Assembly: GCA_051530055.1 (NCBI GenBank)
Contig: CM121341.1
Coordinates: forward strand, 2,469,561-2,533,560
DNA: 64,000 nucleotides
Direction of reading: 5' to 3'
Origin: Neoechinorhynchus agilis
Lineage: Eukaryota; Animalia; Acanthocephala
Shown: piece by piece, positions 57,765 to 64,000 of the stretch
Position numbering within the stretch: position 1 is the first letter of the stretch
Layout: every line of letters starts with the position of its first letter
Translations under genes and position numbers: made by a program
The notes under the pieces: generated by a model
Databases searched by the model: none
Told to the model about the DNA's origin: nothing
What the model saw: only the letters and a program-made list of their open reading frames with translations

Positions 57765-60332
57765 ATGAAAGATTGGTCTCCCGATGACGATCTAATGTTA
57801 CATCTACTTAAAACTCTTGAACTAATTCAATGCTCTCATACTGTGCACAAACTTGAAAAATCCCATGTAAACTGTAGTATCGAGAAGTTCACTTGTCACT
57901 TAATGTTTATTTTTTCCAAATCCATCAAACGAGATGAAAGAGTTCGATTCGAAGCAGGAATCCTAGCTAAAACTAGTATTATGGAAAGCTTTGTTTCGTT
58001 TTCTAAAACCGGACAAAATCAAGTTCTTCAAGCGGCTTTAGTTGCCTTAGGTGACACTTCGACAACGATAACAATTGCGGCAAGCTCGATAATATCGGCA
58101 ATCCTTTTATTTGGAGACTTTTCATATTGGAAACCCGTATTCGATGCACTTTTGTCCAGTGTAAGGAAAGTAACGACAGATACTCCATCGTCTAAACGAG
58201 CATTTAGAGGAGCTTTATGTGCTTTTCGGCAAATTTGTATTGACACCGACGGATCATTCGGATCGATTTTTACTAGATCGAGGGATATTCGAAGATTAAT
58301 TTCTCAATGTGTGTATATACTGAGGCGTAAATGTCCCGGCACTGAAGAGCCAATATTGGAACTTTTGATAGAATTTACGAACATGCGTTTAATCGAAATG
58401 AACAGTTTTATCGAGCAAGGTTTAGTGTGGGCTTTAAAACTGTCGAAATCGCCTTGTTTATGTGTTCGAGTTTTAGTTATGAAATTGCTGACCTCTTTAA
58501 TGGCCAACAATGAATTTAACCTTGAAGATCACATTATTCAAATTCTGAGATGCGCACTTGATGCCATGCAAGACAATGAGCTCGTTGTCTCCGAATGCTG
58601 TAAATTTTGGACAAAACAAGCAAAATCTGACCGTTGGTGTGAATACATGGACGTAAAATGGTATCATGAATTAGCATTCCATTTGATTCAAACCATCAGA
58701 AATACTGATGGCTCTCCGAAAATTCAAAGAATGGAAGACGATGAAGACAGTTCTGAAGTCAAAGTGATGTCTTGGGTTGTAAGACGATGTGCAATTGAGG
58801 CAATCGAAGCGTTATGCATTGAACATGAGTTTGTAAACGAATTGTTACCGACGATTGAAGATATGATTTATGGTCAAACCAGTTGGATTTGTAAGGAAAC
58901 AGCAGTTTTGACGTTCGGAATAGTTATCCAGAATGCGAATCAATCAATGCAACCATTGTTTAACGATCTTTTTCCATATTTTGTGGATTATACGGAACAT
59001 AATATATCTATGATAAGATACGCCGCCTGTGAGACAATCGGACACTGTTCTTACCTTATTTCCAGCAATTCTGAATTTGTGGATAAATCACTAAAAGCAA
59101 TAGTAAATCGAATTGCCGACCAGGACGAACGCGTTCAATCAAGCGCATGTCAGGCTCTATGTGATCTGCTAGCGCATATTCCAGTTAAAGCAACAAAAAG
59201 CTTTTCAACGAATATTATAACCGCCTTCCAGGAATCCTTCGGTATTTACGAATCCTCCAATCTTAGAGGATTATATGAAGCGCTTGGAAGCTTTTGTACA
59301 AGCGTAGCAAAACTCATGCCACCGGACCAAATTCAAAACGATATAATAAAGTATTTTAGCCAGAAATGTAAAGTGTCTTTAGCATACGATGAATCTACTC
59401 CGTATCTTTTAAAATGTATACGCAAAATAATGGAAGTGAACTCTTTTATATTTCCGGCATACGCTCCAAAAATAATAGAATTTTGCGTTTTTATGATTTC
59501 ATCCTCTAATTCAGACAACAATGTGGACTATACCATCCTACCATTCCAGCTTCTTCTTTTGATTTTGGAAAACTCGACAGGTATGGTATCAAAGACTTTC
59601 AATTGCAAAATTGTTACAAACATAGTTTCCTGTTCGTTTTTATTCGAACATGACAATATCGTTAAAGGATACACTTTCCGGCTACTAAGAATTATAGCAA
59701 CCGAATCATTCATACTTCTCCATCCAAGCCTAAAGAAGATCATTGAAATTTGTCTCGAAGAAATTATGGATTTGGAATACTCACATGATTGCGAACAACT
59801 TTGCACCGACGTTTTTCGGACGTTCAGTGTTATTTTAAAGCGAAGTAGCAACCTTGAGTTGGAAATAATCGCTAATACACTCGAGCCCATGATTAATGCT
59901 GCGACTAGAATTGCAATGAAAGTGTCTCATGAGTACTTCAATTCTGAACAAATGAAGGAATATGCTATTCTACTTACGGCAAATGCGGCATATTTCTGTG
60001 TCGCGCAGGTTTCTGGTATAGTAGACCAATACTTTGGAGAAATTTGTGAGAAGTTGTGCCAAATAGTTGATATGGACGAAAAGAGCTTGGCTGTGAAGGG
60101 GCTTATAAAAGTTGGTCGAACAAGCATTTGTCATGTACATCGATATTTTGCCGTTTTTTGTAGAGCTGCTCTATCTACCAGAGATATTTTGGCATGGAAT
60201 ATGTTAATTTTTGTTCTTCATGAGGCTCGTAAGGCACTCGAAGACGATGTATGGTCAAGAAAGATCGCTGAACTTTCACCGGATATTATGATAACTGTAA
60301 ACATTATTCTATCTAGAAATCCAAAGAAGTGA
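57765..60332 (+). CDS. Divergent intronless transportin-1/2-like (importin-beta family, HEAT repeats)
   Basis: EDDEDS...WVVRRCAIEAIEAL, WICKETAVLTFG, MIRYAACETIG and DERVQSSACQAL correspond to TNPO1 motifs. Confidence 0.7.
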   Translation: MKDWSPDDDLMLHLLKTLELIQCSHTVHKLEKSHVNCSIEKFTCHLMFIFSKSIKRDERVRFEAGILAKTSIMESFVSFSKTGQNQVLQAALVALGDTSTTITIAASSIISAILLFGDFSYWKPVFDALLSSVRKVTTDTPSSKRAFRGALCAFRQICIDTDGSFGSIFTRSRDIRRLISQCVYILRRKCPGTEEPILELLIEFTNMRLIEMNSFIEQGLVWALKLSKSPCLCVRVLVMKLLTSLMANNEFNLEDHIIQILRCALDAMQDNELVVSECCKFWTKQAKSDRWCEYMDVKWYHELAFHLIQTIRNTDGSPKIQRMEDDEDSSEVKVMSWVVRRCAIEAIEALCIEHEFVNELLPTIEDMIYGQTSWICKETAVLTFGIVIQNANQSMQPLFNDLFPYFVDYTEHNISMIRYAACETIGHCSYLISSNSEFVDKSLKAIVNRIADQDERVQSSACQALCDLLAHIPVKATKSFSTNIITAFQESFGIYESSNLRGLYEALGSFCTSVAKLMPPDQIQNDIIKYFSQKCKVSLAYDESTPYLLKCIRKIMEVNSFIFPAYAPKIIEFCVFMISSSNSDNNVDYTILPFQLLLLILENSTGMVSKTFNCKIVTNIVSCSFLFEHDNIVKGYTFRLLRIIATESFILLHPSLKKIIEICLEEIMDLEYSHDCEQLCTDVFRTFSVILKRSSNLELEIIANTLEPMINAATRIAMKVSHEYFNSEQMKEYAILLTANAAYFCVAQVSGIVDQYFGEICEKLCQIVDMDEKSLAVKGLIKVGRTSICHVHRYFAVFCRAALSTRDILAWNMLIFVLHEARKALEDDVWSRKIAELSPDIMITVNIILSRNPKK

Positions 60333-61287
60333 CTAAATGTGCCTGTAATTGAGCATTGAACAATTACATTCTTTGTGAATATTACATAAGGAGAACCTAG
60401 AATACCAGGCTGGACGAAAAGCTTTCGGCTGCAGTATTGACGAAACTCGCTTAATATTTGAAAGGTTTAAATAGAAACGAAAAAAGCACTCACTCACTAA
60501 TCTTTGCCAATTTTACAAATCACAACTTTTTTGGCTAACATTCAAAAATGGCATTTTTCAGACTAACCTGAGAAAATATTCTTTATGTATTGACAACTGA
60601 ACTTCTGAAATCAAACCTGTTTTATAGACTACAAATAATATTGAAACGCTAAAAATAGCTTCACTTTTGATTCTGAATAAAGCAAACGGGTTTAATGAGA
60701 ATTTCTTCTCCGAGCTTTATATGGCTTAAATTGTAAAATTCGGAAATGAAAATTGTGAAGCGAATGTCTAGGTCTAAATTGTTTCAATCATTTTTCTAAA
60801 ATTTATCTACAAATGCTATTATAAGAAATTATGCCATATGAGGTGTAAAGTTCAAATTATTAGAAATCAGATATTGACGATCATAAAGGATCGATAGCTG
60901 CAACTAAATCTTCAAATATCGAATAGAGGAAAATCAACCGCAATAGATGGACTGTTGATTAGTTTTCCTATTTTAAGTCGAAGCCGACGATAAAGTTTCA
61001 GGATATTTGCGTACTCATGCACGATGGCAAAATGCATATCCAAGCATGTTTTGATCATAAATATTTTTATTTTGGTATACGAGCCATATAAAAGTTTAGA
61101 ACAAATATCTTTGATTTCCTTTTTAAGTAAGGAAAAAGCATGAACTTTTCGTAATTTCACCTACTCACTGAAAATGCACGACGGCGCAATAGATGTTTGA
61201 GACTTTTAAGCGTTCTTAAAACAATTAAAAAATTTAAATGCATTAGCTTTACATTTGGTTCTTTGAGTAAGATTTCTTCAAATTGAA

Positions 61288-62815
61288 TTGGAAGACGAAG
61301 TAGTCGAGTACTCGCTTATCGCTGTAAAAACCCATGAAGCTTTCAAAGTCTCAGCACATTTTTCTCTTCTTTTTATTGTGACATGGAACGGTTTGCTGTA
61401 CTTCATAAATATACGTGCTTTTTTCCTTCGAGCTCACTTGAACGACATCGTTTTCCATCGTCTCCGCTCGACGTCGAAGGCACTCTCAATGATCGTCGCC
61501 TTCTTCATTGTTTTCTTATCATTCGAAAATACTTACGGTTACAAGTGGTACTACGACCGAGCCAATTATACTCTCTTCCGTTCAAACAAAAAAGTAGATC
61601 TTACTAAGCCCAGGTTTCAAGCTATCAATGGCGACGAAGTTGCATTTGGTCGTAATCGAACTCTTGTAAGACTTATCGAATTTAGTGAATCGAATAAAAC
61701 GTACCAGGGCTGTACTCAGAAAACTCCTCGATGTAAGGAACGTGCACATTTCAATGAAGAACTTAAACTAAGGATAAATACACCTCCTTGTTGTCGGCGC
61801 AATCTTATTTTAACTTATTACGATGTGCTGGATGTTCTCGAAAAGTTTAAATTTTCTTACAGTCTATACGGCGGCAGCTTATTAGGTGCATATCGAGACA
61901 GAGGACACATTACGATTGGTGATTTCTTCATATTTCCTATGAAAATGCCAATTATCTAGCAATCGGTATTCATTTTTTGTCGCAATTTTTAATAGAAACT
62001 TGTAATTAGCTTATAAATGTGTCCGTTCTTGAACCAAAGATTTTTTGCTTTAATAGCCAACATTCATATTTTAATTCTTGCGAAAAAATCTAAAAGCAAA
62101 AGTTCACATTATTTTTATTCGAGACTTTTCGTTTTTTTTCTGCATTTGAATATTTAAATTGATCGTTTCTCCTTTTTTTACCTTAAAGTCTACGAAGAAA
62201 TTACTTGTATTCCATACGACGATGATATAGATTTTATTGCGAATTCAACGGAATACGATCGGTTCATGGCAGAAGCAAAACCAATTCTTGAGCAGAAAAA
62301 GGGACGCAAAGTTAAGGATGTTAGAGCAAGAAAGCAAACTCATATTCAAGTAAGCGATAAGAATAAGCTGTCGGTTGATATCTTTTGGTTCATCGACAAC
62401 GGCACTTCAATTGATATTCAGTTCAATTGGCTAAAGTTCGACAAGAAGATGCTCTTTCCGACTAAACCGATTGTTTTTGAGAACAGATCGCCACAAAGTC
62501 CATTAAAGGTGAAGGAACTCATGGAACGACTTTACAAAAAATGGCAGTATCCCCTGGATTGCAGTATCAGAAGAGGTCATAACTGCAACGGGAAATACCT
62601 TTTTATTAATGACCTTTAAATGAGTGGTAAATGTTTCCGCGAATAAATAAAAAGCATAAATATTCACTTATAAATATTATGAATCTCATGTTTAATTTAG
62701 GAACTACGATCATTCAAAAATCCCGACTGCACGGTGTATTTAGGCCATCGGTACAGCGTGCAATTAAACGATAATTTTAATCAAAGAAGGGTTATAAAAA
62801 GTTCCAACACCAGGA
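61288..62815 (+). CDS. LicD/fukutin-family nucleotidyltransferase, copy 2
   Basis: Part of a ~1.77-kb near-identical direct duplication (55739-57509 vs 61155-62924). Confidence 0.75.
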
Positions 62816-63289
62816 CTAAGGGGTTCCAGAATTATAATTTTTGTTTTAATACCAATTTCGGAAAGGTTTTTGTGGATTGACGGTCACGATCGTCCATTAT
62901 TCAATTTAATTATAAGTATCGTTAATGAAAAAGAATGAGCTAGTCGATATACTGAAGATAAAAAAATAAAATTTAATATTAATTAAACGTGCAATTATCG
63001 AAATGTCCGATTAGATGAGTTCACGTTTTTTTACGAAAACGACATTTTAATTTTTTTAAATTTATCTGCTTAGAAAAAACATTAATCGAATCCTGAATTT
63101 AAAGGTTAGAAAAAATGCACCTTACGCTGAACACAAAAAGTCGAATTATTAAATCTATTAAAAAAATTGAATTTTTATCTCCATTGCATATATCTCATCT
63201 TTGATGAAGAACTAATAAAATCCTGAATTTTCAATTCAGACGATAAACTGAACATAGAAAATATCCATTCTTAAAAGTCATGATTTTTA

Positions 63290-64000
63290 TTTACAAAAGC
63301 GTTCAGCAGGCAGTTGTAATGTGCAAGCACCACCGTCCGCAAAATCTTAGCTTCCCTCCTTCCTCGGCTGTCGCTATCACGCTGGCAGCATTGCCTCGTT
63401 GTACTGCGAGCGAGATATTTTGCCGCAGGAATACACCTGCTCGTGCGTCGTCGGCTGTTTTTCTCAATTTCTTCGAGAGATCCTGGCGCAGAGTGAATTC
63501 CGAGCTGCTAAGGGCTCCATACGTCTCTACTCCAAAGGGGACAAAATAGTGGGGTCGACGACCGTCTAATCGACATGGGCGGGTTACAAGATTTTGGGGA
63601 AGTTCGCCGTTCTCAACACCCGAGGCAAAATTCACGGGAACATGGTTAGCGCCTGCCTGCTGGCATCATTATTCAACCGCCACCACGAAATCCCGGTCAA
63701 GACAGAACTTTTCCTTAAAAATTTTCTTCGATACTGGTAGGCTCCCCTCAAACGATCCAAGAAAGGCCGGCAAAGCAAGGTCCACTAGTGCCCGAATCCC
63801 CAATCCCCCAGATGACACAGGCAAAGTAGCTTGTCGCCACGCCTCATCTGAGAGCTGGGCATTTAAAATACTCTCGAGACAAGCCCTCACCTTGCCGTCG
63901 AGCTTAGCCAATCCTTTCTTATGTTTGAAGAATGTTGCTGTGCGAACCTTGTACAATAATTTGGGGATAAATAGTGCGTTCTTTATGAGAAACAAGACTT
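63290..64000 (-). mobile_element. CRE-like RLE non-LTR retrotransposon, internally deleted, running off the window
   Basis: WRQATLPVSSGGLGIR...LALPAFLGS (post-RT region), PCRLDGRRP fused to HYFVPFGVETYG, and FLRQNISLAVQRGNAASV. Confidence 0.85.

Overview
Eukaryotic (probably compact invertebrate animal) genomic DNA, AT-rich, with short ~40-50 nt GT-AG introns. The first 13.5 kb is the exceptional part. A near-complete endogenised toti-like dsRNA virus (Ghabrivirales) sits inside a non-LTR retrotransposon ORF2, between its APE endonuclease (2-649) and its reverse transcriptase (~11898-13330). The insert carries an uninterrupted 1266-aa ORF1 (putative capsid), an apparent -1 frameshift signal, and an RdRp with motifs F/A/B/C. 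A 7-bp AGCTTAA direct repeat lies at both junctions. A 238-bp piece of the viral RdRp gene has been amplified into a 19-copy tandem array containing interleaved sequence variants. The rest of the window holds host genes (NAA50, Artemis-like nuclease, MSH4, an SLC5 symporter, an MBOAT acyltransferase, a WD40 protein, pyruvate dehydrogenase phosphatase, a divergent intronless transportin, duplicated LicD-family genes, LRR and Kazal proteins), several minisatellites, fragments of APE-type LINEs and CRE-like retroelements, a possible DIRS relic, and two recent local duplications. All assignments come from motif recognition by eye; no database searches were run.
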